DNA from: Candidatus Latescibacterota bacterium
Lineage (GTDB): Bacteria; Latescibacterota; UBA2968; GCA-2709665
Assembly: GCA_963667175.2 (NCBI GenBank)
Contig: CAXXXF010000002.1
Coordinates: forward strand, 32,001-96,000
Direction of reading: 5' to 3'
DNA length: 64,000 nt
A program made the translations under genes and the position numbers. Below are positions 1 to 10,655 of the stretch, piece by piece. The notes beneath the pieces were generated by a model. It had not been told where the DNA came from. It did not search any database and saw nothing but the letters and a program-made list of their open reading frames with translations. Position 1 is the stretch's first letter; every line of letters begins with the position of its first letter.

Positions 1-1
1 G

Positions 2-1548
2 GAAATCCACCTCAACGACGAGGCGTGTCTCGGGTTCGGAGACGGCACAATCGGCTGTTACTGCGCGTTCTGCGAGGCTGAATTCAGCAGACGGACCGGC
101 GTCAATCCACCCCGGGTTGCGGATTGGGATGACCCGTTGTGGTATACATGGCTGGAGAGCCGCTTCGAAAACTGGGACGCGGTGCACTCGGAGTTTCGAA
201 GCGCCATCAAAGACGTCCGTCCCGAAGTGGTTGTGGGCATCCAGCACAGTCCCGCCGTCCCCGAGCGGAACTACAATGCCTGGCAGACGGCCATCCGCCT
301 CGCCCGCGACGCGCGTTCACAGGACGTGATCGCCACGGATCCCTATCATTTCAATCACGACGATCTCATTCTGCACCGGCCGCACCGCAGGATCCTCTCG
401 GAGACCACGAGAAGTCTGATGGGCGCCTGCATGGATCGGCAGGTGGATATCTATCCGCAGGGCTTCATGCCGCCGGCGCAGGCGGCGCCGATGGGCAGGC
501 AGGACGGCCTGCTGGCCGGCGTGGCGCCGTTTGCGCTCGGCGCGGACCTGGTCATGCCGTTTACCTACGAGCAGATGAAGATCATTCCGGGATTCTTCGA
601 AGCGTTCGACGAGACCCGGCGCCTCATGCCGGTGTTCGCGTCCCACCGGCCGTACAGCTTCGCCACAATGATCATGCCGCAGCAGTCGGAGATCACCGGC
701 CACTACGACTCGAACTGGGGACACACCGGATTGATCGGGATGGTCGATATGGTCTACCGGACCGGATTGCCGTGGCGATGGTTCTGGGACGGGCGCCTGG
801 ACGACGCGGGCGACCAGCTCACGGGACCGGTGATCCTGCCCGAGGCGCATTGCCTCACGCAGTCCCAGATCGATTGCGTCAACGCGGTTGCAGAACGCGG
901 AGAGGGTCTCCTATCGAGTCGGGCGTCTTTGAAGTCGACCTCTTGCGCAACCATCCGCTCACAGAGGGCCTGGAAGATCCCGTGATCCTGACGACCCGGG
1001 TGGAAGGCGGGTATCCGGACGGGCAGGTGCTTGGGACCGTGGATGGCCGTCCGGCCCTGGTCCTGGTGGAGGAAGGGTCCCGTCGGGAGGCCTGGCTGGC
1101 GGGCATGCCTGCCGTGAAATATACCGGTAACGTTCCCGGAATGTCTTTTCTCGAGGAGACGTCCAACGTGGCGTTGCTGAGGAGACTGATCCTCTGGGCG
1201 GCCGGCCGAAGGCCCCTGGCGCGGTTGACTCCCTTTCCGCCGGCGGACGATTACCGAACGCTGCGGCCGACCGACCGGAGGGCCGTGCCCACCATCGAGT
1301 TGCTTCCAATGTTCGATGGCAGCGATTCGCTGCTGGCCATCGTGTTTCCATATACGCCGGTAAGGAGCCAGACAGCGCTGGAGATCGTCCTTCCCGAAGG
1401 AAGAAGCGCGCAAGACGTCAACGAGATCTGGTCCGGCGAGAACTGGAACGACCGCGTGATATCGGCGAAAGACGGAACGATGCGCATACCGCTCGATATT
1501 CCCGGCGACTGCGACCTCTTGGCAATACACATACAGTTCGCAGGTTGA
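2..1548 (+). CDS. Hypothetical GH42-like/TIM-barrel protein with C-terminal trimerisation-like domain; 5' truncated by window edge, frameshifted near 910
   Basis: Frame 2 is open from the window start (EIHLNDEACLGFGDGTIGCYCAFCEAEF..., CYCxxC motif) through ORF 137..985; protein-like sequence continues in the frame of ORF 139..1548 (IESGVFEVDLLRNHPLTEGL...). Confidence 0.5.
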
Positions 1549-1583
1549 ATGCTTTCAAGCCGCAGTCCGGAGGTGCCCAACGA

Positions 1584-3565
1584 ATGGCTCAGGCAGCCCG
1601 AATGGTCACGTCGGATGTCCGAAAAACGGCCGGGTCGACCGAAGACGGTCTGTCGTGCCGGGCGTTCCTGATCGGGCTCGGGTTGTGCGCCCTCCTGGGG
1701 GTCTGGTTGACGTACAACCGGATGGTGGTCCAGGGGCCGTTCATGGGCTGGTACTTCCTGGACCGGGGCGTGCTGTTCCTCTTTTTCTGCCTGGCGGTAA
1801 CTGATCAACCCCTTGCTCGGCCTGCTGAAACGCCGCTTCGCCCTGGGCCGGGGCGAGCTGCTGGCCATCTATGCCATGCTGCTGCTCCTGATGCCCGCAT
1901 GGGCGATGTGCAAGGCATTGCTCGGGTTCATGACCGGCGTCACCTACTACGCCTCCCCGGAGATGCGGCACCTGGAGGCCGTCCTGCCCTATTCCCTGCC
2001 GTGGCTGGCGGTCCTGGAGGCCGAGCCGGTCAGGTGGCTGTACGAAGGCCTGCCGAAGGGAGGTTCCGTCCCCTGGTGGGCCTGGGTGGTCCCGCTATGG
2101 AGTTGGGGGGTCGTTCCTGGTCGCGCTGTTTGTGGTACTGGGCTGTGTGGCCGTCATCCTGAGAAAGCAGTGGGAGGAACACGAGCGGTTCGCCTTCCCG
2201 ATCATGCAGGTCCCCCTCGCGATGGGCGAGCGTGGAGAAGGTCGGATAGGACCGCTTTTCCGCGGCCGGATGATGTGGTCGGGTTTTGCAGTTCCGTTCG
2301 GCATCGGCTCCATCAACGCATTGCACAGCTATTTCCACACGCTGCCCCGAATGAGCCTGCGGGCGGTGATCTGGATCTTCAGGCGCGCGATACCGCTGTC
2401 GATAAGACTCAACTTCGCGCTTCTCGGCTATGCCTATTTCGTGAACCTGGACGTGAGCCTCAGCATCTGGCTCCTCAATGTCATCGCCAAATGCATAAAT
2501 GGCGCGTTCGTCATGCTTGGCGCGGAACGATACGGCGTGTCCGGGATGGTGGGACGGCACAGCTCGCAGGGATCGGAACTCCTGGCGTTTATGGGCATGG
2601 GCTACATGCTGGCCCTGGCCGGGTACAGCCTGTGGATTGCCCGGGGACATTTGAAGGCTGTGTGGGCAAAGGCTCTGCGTCGCGAGTCGAGCCTGGACGA
2701 TTCGGAAGAGGTGCTTCCCTATCGCACGGCGGTGGCCTGTGTGTTCGTGGGCACGCTGTATCTGGGATGCTGGCTCTACCAGGCGGGGCTGCCGCCGCAC
2801 GTGATCGCCCTGCTGTTTGCGGCCTGCTTCGTCGTCTTCCTCGTGCTTGCGCGGATCGTGAGCGAAACCGGCTATGCCGCAACCTATTCTCCGCTGAATC
2901 CGTCGGAGTTCGTGGTCTGTGCGGTCGGCTCCTCGGCGTTCGGTCCCACGGGTCTGGTTACGAACGGGCTGAATTACGTATGGACGATGACCCGGCTGAA
3001 TACGATGATGCCGCGTGCTTCCGCGGCGCTCAGGCTGGCCAGGGAAATGGGAAAGACTCGAGGCCTGATCTGGGCGATGGGCGCGGCCCTCGCGGTGGGC
3101 CTGGTCGTCGCGAGCCACACGACGCTGGATCTCGGGTACGCCCACGGGGGCCGAAACCTCGACTACTGGTTCCGAGACGTGAACGACGCGGCCCTGCCGT
3201 TCGACGAATACGTGGGACGCCGCCTGCTGGATCCGAGCCCGGTCTTCCACAGGGGATTCGTATATACAGGATTGGGCCTGGGCATTGCCGTGCTGCTCAT
3301 GGTCCTGCGAATGCGCCTGCCGTGGTGGCCCCTGCACCCGGTGGCGTTGCCGGTGAGTACGATCTGGATTACGGAGCACTACTATTTCAGTGTATTTCTG
3401 GCCTGGGGGATCAAAGCGCTGGTGATGAAGTTTGGCGGGGCGTCCCTGTACCGAAAAACCAGGCCGTTCTTTATCGGGATGATCGTGGGCGAGGCGGTTT
3501 GTTTGGGAATGTGGAGCGTTATTGACTATTTTACAGGGAAAGTCGGCAATATGTCTCTGCTTTAA
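1584..3565 (+). CDS. DUF6785/DUF6784-like polytopic membrane protein (putative transporter), copy 1, two frameshifts
   Basis: GGAGG then ATG 1584; joins ORFs 1545..2162, 1813..3525 and 2132..3565 via an extra A near 1800 and a G6 run at 2105-2110; motifs LRKQWEEHERFAFP and WWPLHPV; colinear with copy 2. Confidence 0.7.
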
Positions 3566-3622
3566 CGAATAAAACGTCCGACGATGGTGGTACGATCACT
3601 TTTTCCGTAAGGAGTCAAGACC

Positions 3623-4501
3623 ATGCTTTCCAGGGAACAGATTGATTTCTACCATACCAGCGGCTATCTGGGCGTGGAGGGCGTTCTCTCCCGCGACGAG
3701 GTCGAAGAGCTCCGCCGGGTCACTGACGCATTTGTCGAAGCGTCGAGGCAGGTCACCGAAACCGACGGCGTATTCGACCTGGAACCGGGCCATACGCCCG
3801 AATTCCCGCAGCTGCGCCGTCTCATAGACCCGTCAAGGCAGCACGACGCGTACGACCGCGGTCTGCGCCACGAGAAGATACTCGACATCACCTCGCAGCT
3901 CATCGGTTCCGGCATCCGGACGAACGGAGACAAGCTGAATATGAAATCCGCGGAGGTGGGCAGCCCCGTGGAATGGCACCAGGACTGGGCGTTCTACCCT
4001 CACACCAATGACGATCTGCTGGCCGTCGGCGTCGCCATCGACGATATGACCCTCGAGAACGGCTGCCTGCTGGTCGTTCCAGGGTCTCACAAGGGGCGCA
4101 TCCACGACCACCACCTGAACGGTCGCTTTGCCGGGGCCGTTACCGAACCCGATTTCACCGGCGAATGCGCGGTCCCGATCGAAATCAAGGCCGGCGGCAT
4201 CTCCATCCACCACGTCCGGACGCTGCACGCATCCGCCCCGAATACCTCCGGAAAGCCCCGGCGTCTTCTGCTATATATGTATTGTGCGATAGATGCATTT
4301 CCGCTGGTTCAACCGATCAATACCTGGGAGGAGTTCAACGGCAGGATTCTCCGCGGGGAACCCACCCGGGAGCCGCGCATGGTCAGCGTGCCGGTCCGGG
4401 TCCCGCTTCCTCCGGCGGAGCGCACGGGGTCCATATATGAAATTCAGACCATCCTCGAGGAAAGTAAGATGACCCCCGTCGAAGCCAACGCCGGAAACTG
4501 A
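3623..4501 (+). CDS. Phytanoyl-CoA dioxygenase (PhyH) family Fe(II)/2-oxoglutarate dioxygenase
   Basis: WHQD motif, NGCLLVVPGSHK, distal H (TLHAS) and R (PRRLL); AAGGAG RBS. Confidence 0.9.
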   Translation: MLSREQIDFYHTSGYLGVEGVLSRDEVEELRRVTDAFVEASRQVTETDGVFDLEPGHTPEFPQLRRLIDPSRQHDAYDRGLRHEKILDITSQLIGSGIRTNGDKLNMKSAEVGSPVEWHQDWAFYPHTNDDLLAVGVAIDDMTLENGCLLVVPGSHKGRIHDHHLNGRFAGAVTEPDFTGECAVPIEIKAGGISIHHVRTLHASAPNTSGKPRRLLLYMYCAIDAFPLVQPINTWEEFNGRILRGEPTREPRMVSVPVRVPLPPAERTGSIYEIQTILEESKMTPVEANAGN

Positions 4502-4561
4502 ATCGAAAACCAATCCATTGACGTCAGCGCCGTGGGGGCAGCAGTACCATGCGGGCGCAGA

Positions 4562-4699
4562 CCTCTCCCCCCGGCCTGCCTGCGCCGAGTTCTGCTCGGC
4601 AGGCAGGCCCCCTCTCCCGAGGGGAGAGGGGGAGCAGAACCGGGGTTCATCAAGCGATGACAGTTTCCCCCTTCCCCCGGGGAAGGGGGATAGGGGGTA
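4562..4699. repeat. Pair of REP-like GC-rich hairpins in inverted arrangement, with a nested palindromic insert
   Basis: cccctctccc-gag-gggagagggg and cccccttccc-ccg-gggaaggggg hairpins; ctgcctg...caggcag insert at 4576-4606. Confidence 0.7.
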
Positions 4700-4704
4700 A
4701 GTCG

Positions 4705-6577
4705 GTGGCGGAGGACACACGGGACGGACTGACGGGCAGGGCGTTCCTGATCGGCCTCGTCCTCTGCCTCGGCCTGGCACTGGCGATCCCGTACAACCGC
4801 ATGGTGATCCAGGGCACGTCTCTCCACTTCTATTTTGTGGACCGTGGCATCCTGTTCGTTTTTCTGTTTCTGATCCTTGTCTGTAACGTCAGCCTCAAGC
4901 CGGCCCGCTCGCTGAAGCGGGGAGAGCTCCTGTGCGTCTTTTCGATGTTGCTGGTGGCGATGCCCGCCCTGTGGATGGTCAAGTGGCTCATCGCCTTCCT
5001 CACCGGCGTGACCTACTACGCTTCTCCGGAGCGCCCTGACCTCGAGGCGGTGCTGCCCCATATTGTGTCGTGGACGGCCCCCGGGAACGCGGAAGCCGTA
5101 CGGGGGTTCTACGAGGGGCTGCCGCAAAATGTCCCCCTGCCCTGGCTGGCCTGGCTGGCCCCCCTTGCGAGTTGGGGTTCTTTTTTTCTTGTGTTGTTCG
5201 GAGTGCTGGTATGCATTGCCGCGATCTTTCGCAGGCAGTGGGCGGAGCACGAGCGGTTCGCGTTCCCGATTCTGCAGGTGCCGCTGGAGATGGCAGAGAC
5301 CGGAGACGGCAGGCTGGGGCCCCTGTTCAGGAACCGGTTGACGTGGGCGGGGTTCGCGATTCCACTTCTGATCGGTACCATCAACGGGCTGAATCACTAT
5401 TTCTACGCACTGGTTGCCCCTGAGACTGCACTTCGCAATTCTCGGGTATTCCTACTTCGTGAACCTGGACGTGAGCCTCAGTATCTGGTTGTTCAACGTC
5501 GTCTCCAAGGTCATCCGGGGGACGCTGGCCGTTGTGGGCGCAGAGGTTACGGACGTGTCCGGGATGGTGGGCCGGTTCAGTTCGAGGGGCTCGTCGTTTC
5601 TCGCGCTGACCGGAATGGGGTATATGCTGGTGCTGGCCGCGTACAGCGCGTGGACGGCGCGGGGCCACCTGCGCGAGGTCTTCGCAAAGGCGATGGGGAC
5701 GTCGCCGGCGGCCGACGATTCCGATGAAGTCATCTCCTACCGGGCGGCCGTATTCGGCGCCCTGGGAGGTCTGGTTTTTCTCGGGTGCTGGCTGCATCAG
5801 GCGGGAATCTCGTTCGCGTTGATTCTGTTTCTGTTTTTTTCCTGCATCGTGGTCTTTTTCGTCCTGGGACGGATTGTGAGCGAAACGGGGTTCGTGGCCA
5901 CGTATTCTCCGATCAACCCCGCTGAATTCGTGGTCTGCGCAACGGGTTCGTCGGTTTTCGGTCCGGCGGGTCTCGTAACGCTCGGCTTCAGTTACGCGTG
6001 GACGATGACGCGCGTCAGCAACGTGATGCCCCGGGCAATGGGGGCGCTGTGGCTGTCGAGGACAATAAGACGCAGACGCGGCCTGATCTGGGCGATGGGC
6101 GCGGCGATGGCGGTAGGCGTGATCTGCGCGAGCGCGGCGACCCTGGACCTTGGGTACGCGCGCGGCGGCCTGAACCTGGACCGCCACTTCCGCGATTATT
6201 CGCGCATTCCTTTCGACGCCTTTGTGGGTTCGCGCATGCTGGAGCCCAGTCCCATATTTACGAAGGGAATGGTATATACCGGACTCGGGATGGGGGTTGC
6301 GGGTCTGCTGACCCTGCTTAGAATGCGGCTTAGATGGTGGCCGTTACACCCCGTGGCGCTGCCGTTGAGTACGATCTGGTACACGGATACGTATTTCTTC
6401 AGCGTGTTCCTGGCCTGGGCGATGAAAGCAATCGTCTTGAAATTCGGAGGGGCGACGCTCTACCGCAGAACCCGGCCCGTGTTCATGGGGATTATTCTGG
6501 GCGAGGCCACTGGCGCGGTTGTGTGGGTCATCGTGGACTATTTCACCGGGACGATCGCCAACAGGATCTTCATATAG
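4705..6577 (+). CDS. DUF6785/DUF6784-like polytopic membrane protein, copy 2, frameshift/deletion near 5412
   Basis: GTG 4705 (VAEDTRDGLTGRAFLIG); ORF 4549..5727 switches to ORF 5414..6577; about 17 codons are missing relative to copy 1; RRQWAEHERFAFP and WWPLHPV motifs. Confidence 0.7.
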
Positions 6578-6592
6578 GCGGACGTTGGCGAA

Positions 6593-8152
6593 ATGGGAGG
6601 CAAGATGCATATTTTCGACATGAACTGCATGCTGGGACCCACGCGTACCGACCGCGAACCATGCTTTCGGACGTCCGGCGCGCTGCTGGCCGAGATGGAC
6701 AGACTGGGCATCTCGGAAGCTCTGGTCCACGCGAGCCACGCGGAAATGGGGCACCCCGCGGACGCGAACGCCCGGGTGGTGGAGGCCACGCGTTCCCACC
6801 CGCGCCTGCACCCCTGCTGGGCCGTGCTGCCGCCGGGAACGGGGGAACTGCCCGAGCCGCGGGAACTCGTGGCGCAGATGCGCGCGCAGGGGGTGCGGGC
6901 GGCCAGGATATTTCCCGGAGTACACGTTTTTCCGTTGCTGGAACGAATTCTGCGGCCGCTGCTGAAGGCCCTCGCCGAAGCGGGAATTCCGTTGATTCTG
7001 GACCAGGGACGCACGAGCTGGAGCCAGCTCACGGACTGGCGTGCGGTGTTCGAAATCGCAGAGGCGCACCCCACGCTGCCGCTTGTGCTGATTCGCGAAG
7101 GGGGCGCTACCGCACGTGCGCTGTTCGGAGTATGGGACGCGTTTCCGAATATTTACATCGAGGCATCCTACGTCCAGGAGTCCCGGATCGTGGAGGAGAT
7201 CACAGGACGGTTCGGACACCGCCGGCTGTTGTTCGGGACCGGGATGCCCGCCTGGGATCCGGGAGGCCCGCTGGGCCTCCTCGAGGGGGCTCGGATTTCG
7301 GAGCATCAGCGGGCCGATATTGCCGGGAACACGCTCAGGCGGCTGCTGGGTCTCCCGGCGCGGGGCGCCGGAGCGGCGCGGTCCTGGCCCTGCGGCGCGG
7401 GCGGCTTCCGCGTGTTCGACGCGCACGGTCACCTGGGCAGATTTCATTCGAAATACCACCGGGACTGGTCGGCCGAACAGATGGTGTCGCGCATGGATGA
7501 ACTGGGCGTGGAGCGGTTTGCCGTCAGCCACTTTCTGGCGATCGGCGCCGACTACCGCGAAGGAAACACCCGGATCGGCAGAGGCGTTGCGGCCTTTCCG
7601 GACAGGCTCGTGGGATACGCGGTCTACAATCCCAATTACGAATCTGAGATGGCCGACGAGATGGCGCGCGGGTTCGACCAACTGGGTTGTTCGGGTATCA
7701 AACTGCACTGCACGCTTCACGACACCTCGACCGAGGACCCACGCTACCGTCTCGCGTTTCAGACGGCGCACGATCGGAACTGTCCCATGCTGTGCCATGT
7801 CAACCGCGGACCGTCTCCCGCCTTCCTGATGGATACGCTCGCGGCGTTCCCGAACGCGAAGTTCATCTATGCGCACATCGGCGGAGGCACACGCGAGGAA
7901 CTGAAGCCCTTTCTCGACGTCGCCCACGAGCGTCCGAATCTGTTTTTCGATCTGGGGTACTCGAAAATGGCGCGCGGCGCCCTCGCCTGGCTCGTCGAAC
8001 ACGCGCCGCCCGCACAGATCCTGTACGGATCGGACCATCCCGTCAACGGGTTTCCGTATCAGCTCGGGCGGGTGCTCTACGCCGACGTTCCCGACGTGTT
8101 GAAGCGCATGATCCTGTGGGACAACGCGGCCAGGATATTCGGCGTGCAGTGA
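6593..8152 (+). CDS. Tandem double-domain amidohydrolase family protein
   Basis: Two amidohydro_2-like repeats; the C-terminal one has DAHGH, GIKLH, LCH, YAHIG and YGSD. Confidence 0.85.
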   Translation: MGGKMHIFDMNCMLGPTRTDREPCFRTSGALLAEMDRLGISEALVHASHAEMGHPADANARVVEATRSHPRLHPCWAVLPPGTGELPEPRELVAQMRAQGVRAARIFPGVHVFPLLERILRPLLKALAEAGIPLILDQGRTSWSQLTDWRAVFEIAEAHPTLPLVLIREGGATARALFGVWDAFPNIYIEASYVQESRIVEEITGRFGHRRLLFGTGMPAWDPGGPLGLLEGARISEHQRADIAGNTLRRLLGLPARGAGAARSWPCGAGGFRVFDAHGHLGRFHSKYHRDWSAEQMVSRMDELGVERFAVSHFLAIGADYREGNTRIGRGVAAFPDRLVGYAVYNPNYESEMADEMARGFDQLGCSGIKLHCTLHDTSTEDPRYRLAFQTAHDRNCPMLCHVNRGPSPAFLMDTLAAFPNAKFIYAHIGGGTREELKPFLDVAHERPNLFFDLGYSKMARGALAWLVEHAPPAQILYGSDHPVNGFPYQLGRVLYADVPDVLKRMILWDNAARIFGVQ

Positions 8153-8185
8153 CGGATTCTTGAGGAAATTCGGAGGTCTTCAACC

Positions 8186-9898
8186 ATGAAAATCGGTATT
8201 CTGACCCATCCGCCCGATCTTTCGGACTACGTCGCCGAGATCTTCAAGACCTGGGGGCTTGCCGCGTTCGACCGGATCGCTCAGGAACAGCTGGACGACC
8301 TGGCTCCCGCGTCGACTCCCGTATTGGTCTGCCCGGCAGCCGAAAGGGATGACCGGACGCACGAGGATCTGATCGGTTACGCGCGGCGCGGCGGCGCCGT
8401 CGTGACGTTCCTTCCCCGAGACGTACTGGCCGACACCGCGGGGCTGGTCTACGAGGGCGCCAAGGCCGCGCCGCTGCGCCTGCGCCTCGTGCGATATCCG
8501 GCGGCGGGGGTCTCAGGGGAGGACTTCCCGGTCGTGGGGGACGCGGCGCATTACGCGGTACGATCCAAAGCCGCGTCGGGTATCGCTTATCTGTACCATC
8601 CCGACGCGTTCGACGGGGAATCGGCAGGTGTCGTCGAAACTCCCGTTGGCGAGGGTCGCATCCTGGCCTTTGCCTTTGACCTGCCCGCGTGCGTGTTCAC
8701 CCTGCGGCAGGGCGATCCGGATCAGGTCGAGCGGGCCGTGGGCGGCAACGTGCGGGCCGACGCCATCGGCATCGACCTGGGTCCGGCCGACAGCGGCCTG
8801 ATGCCGTTTGCCGATCTGCTGGCGCGGTGGCTGGTCGAACTGGTCTGCCGGTTCGTTCCCGCGCCCGTCCCCCTGCTCTGGCACCTGCCTGGCGAGGCCG
8901 CCGCCCTCGTGCTTTATTCCGGAGACGAGGACGGGGCGGAGATTTCCGCGACGGAGCAGGAATTCCGGGAAGTGTCGGCGGCCGGCGCGCGCATGAGTCT
9001 CTACATCATTCCGATCGGGACGGATTCGACGGCCGAGGACGTGGAGCGGTACCGTCAGAACCACGACGTCGGTCCGCATCCGAATCTCCGGGCGATGGAC
9101 GGCCGGTCGATTGAGGATCGCGTCGCGGAATTCGAGCGTCAGATTCGACTGTTCGAAGAGATGTACGGGTTCAGGCCCACGAGCGTCCGCAACCACTGTC
9201 TTTCCTGGGCGGGATACCTCGAACTGGTGGAGGCGGAAGCGCGGCTGGGCATCCGGATGGACGCGAACTACCTTTGTTCGGCCTATATGCGGGACCGGTG
9301 CGGCGGACCGTACCATCTGAGAGGTGCGGCCATTCCCATGCGGTTCTGTCACCCGGACGGACGCCTGGTCGACGTACTCCAGCAGCACACCCACCTGTCG
9401 GATGACGTCTGGTTCCAGGAAAGCGCCCCCAAATCCTTTCACTATTCGCCGGAGATGTACGGCGTACTGGCGGACCGCATCCTCAGCGACAGCGCCACCC
9501 GCTTCCACGTGCCGTACGGCGTGATCCTGCATCCAGGGAACTGGGTGCGTTATTCGAGACCGCATGGTCTGGTTCTGCTCGAAAAGGCCGCGGAGCGAGG
9601 CGTCCCCGTGTGGTCTTACGACCAGTGGTGCGATTTCTGGCTCCTTCGGGACCGGTGGCGTCTGGAGAGCTTCTCCTGGCAGGACCATACGCTGAAATTC
9701 GCGGCCGCCGGGCCGCCGGACGATGGGAATCTTCGCTGGATGATTCCCTTCGCGTACAACGGCAGAATGCTTGAAGAAGTGTCGGTGAACGGTGTACTGA
9801 TACCCGTTAACGCCGTCATCCGGTACGGGCAGCGCGTCATTCTGGCGTCGCCCGGCGCGGGCATGGCGCGTTGCGAGATAGAAGCGGCATACCACTGA
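8186..9898 (+). CDS. Hypothetical protein with polysaccharide-deacetylase-like central domain
   Basis: 570 aa ORF with GGAGG RBS; YSGDED, GPHP and RNHCLSWAG resemble CE4/NodB-like motifs. Confidence 0.55.
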   Translation: MKIGILTHPPDLSDYVAEIFKTWGLAAFDRIAQEQLDDLAPASTPVLVCPAAERDDRTHEDLIGYARRGGAVVTFLPRDVLADTAGLVYEGAKAAPLRLRLVRYPAAGVSGEDFPVVGDAAHYAVRSKAASGIAYLYHPDAFDGESAGVVETPVGEGRILAFAFDLPACVFTLRQGDPDQVERAVGGNVRADAIGIDLGPADSGLMPFADLLARWLVELVCRFVPAPVPLLWHLPGEAAALVLYSGDEDGAEISATEQEFREVSAAGARMSLYIIPIGTDSTAEDVERYRQNHDVGPHPNLRAMDGRSIEDRVAEFERQIRLFEEMYGFRPTSVRNHCLSWAGYLELVEAEARLGIRMDANYLCSAYMRDRCGGPYHLRGAAIPMRFCHPDGRLVDVLQQHTHLSDDVWFQESAPKSFHYSPEMYGVLADRILSDSATRFHVPYGVILHPGNWVRYSRPHGLVLLEKAAERGVPVWSYDQWCDFWLLRDRWRLESFSWQDHTLKFAAAGPPDDGNLRWMIPFAYNGRMLEEVSVNGVLIPVNAVIRYGQRVILASPGAGMARCEIEAAYH

Positions 9899-9978
9899 CG
9901 AGCGGCGACGCGGATTCAAGCCCACCGCGAGGAGGGTTTGCGCCGAAGCAGAATACCGCCGTGTGAAGGAGGCGCAGG

Positions 9979-10620
9979 ATGCAAAAGCTGGTCTTCCTGG
10001 GCATTGGATCCAACAATTCGGACATTCTGGACGCCGTACTGGAAATCAATGCCCTGAAGCCGACCTATGACGTGCTGGGATACGTGACGCGGAACGGCAA
10101 ACCCCTGAACAAGGGCGGACTCAAACACCTGGGCGACTTCGACGTGGTCCGTACCCTGCCGGAGGACGTGCAGATCACCGGGTTTACGTTCGGCCCGGGG
10201 AGTTACCATCACTGGCCGGGTACGGTGGCGGGGTTGGGCCTCCCGCGGGAACGGTTCGCCACCATCGTCCATCCCCACGCGTTTGTTTCGCCGCAAAGTA
10301 CGGTGGGCAGGGGGTCGGTCGTCCTGGCGGGAACGACGGTTGGCGCATTCGTAACCATCGGCGACCACGTGATCATCCTGCAGAACGTGGGACTCTCCCA
10401 CGACGACGTGATCGAGGACTACTCCTGCCTGGCGGTGGGGGTGAGCTTTTCGGGAAGCGTTCGGGTGGGGCGGAACTGTTTCCTGGGAACGAACTCGACG
10501 ATCATCGGCGCGACGATCGGCGAGGGAAGCATGGTGGGCGCCGGCGCCCTGATCCGGCACGACGTGCCGCCGGGCGAGGTCTGGGTGGGCAATCCGGGGA
10601 GGTTTCTCAGGAAGGTTTGA
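9979..10620 (+). CDS. NeuD/PglD/VioB-family sugar O/N-acetyltransferase
   Basis: N-terminal Rossmann-like part, FATIVHP, hexapeptide repeats, SHDD, WVGNPGR; AGGAGG RBS. Confidence 0.9.
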   Translation: MQKLVFLGIGSNNSDILDAVLEINALKPTYDVLGYVTRNGKPLNKGGLKHLGDFDVVRTLPEDVQITGFTFGPGSYHHWPGTVAGLGLPRERFATIVHPHAFVSPQSTVGRGSVVLAGTTVGAFVTIGDHVIILQNVGLSHDDVIEDYSCLAVGVSFSGSVRVGRNCFLGTNSTIIGATIGEGSMVGAGALIRHDVPPGEVWVGNPGRFLRKV

Positions 10621-10655
10621 GCGCGGGTCGTAACGACATACAAATGCCTGCTCCG

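Noticed and set aside
1813-3525. 570-aa ORF as an independent gene
   Set aside because: Only the first ~100 codons are protein-like (part of the frameshifted membrane protein); the rest is an off-frame shadow.
6344-9925. Long antisense ORFs (564 aa, 470 aa) and similar ones opposite murE, ftsA/ftsZ and dxr
   Set aside because: Typical high-GC shadow ORFs opposite well-supported genes; no motifs.
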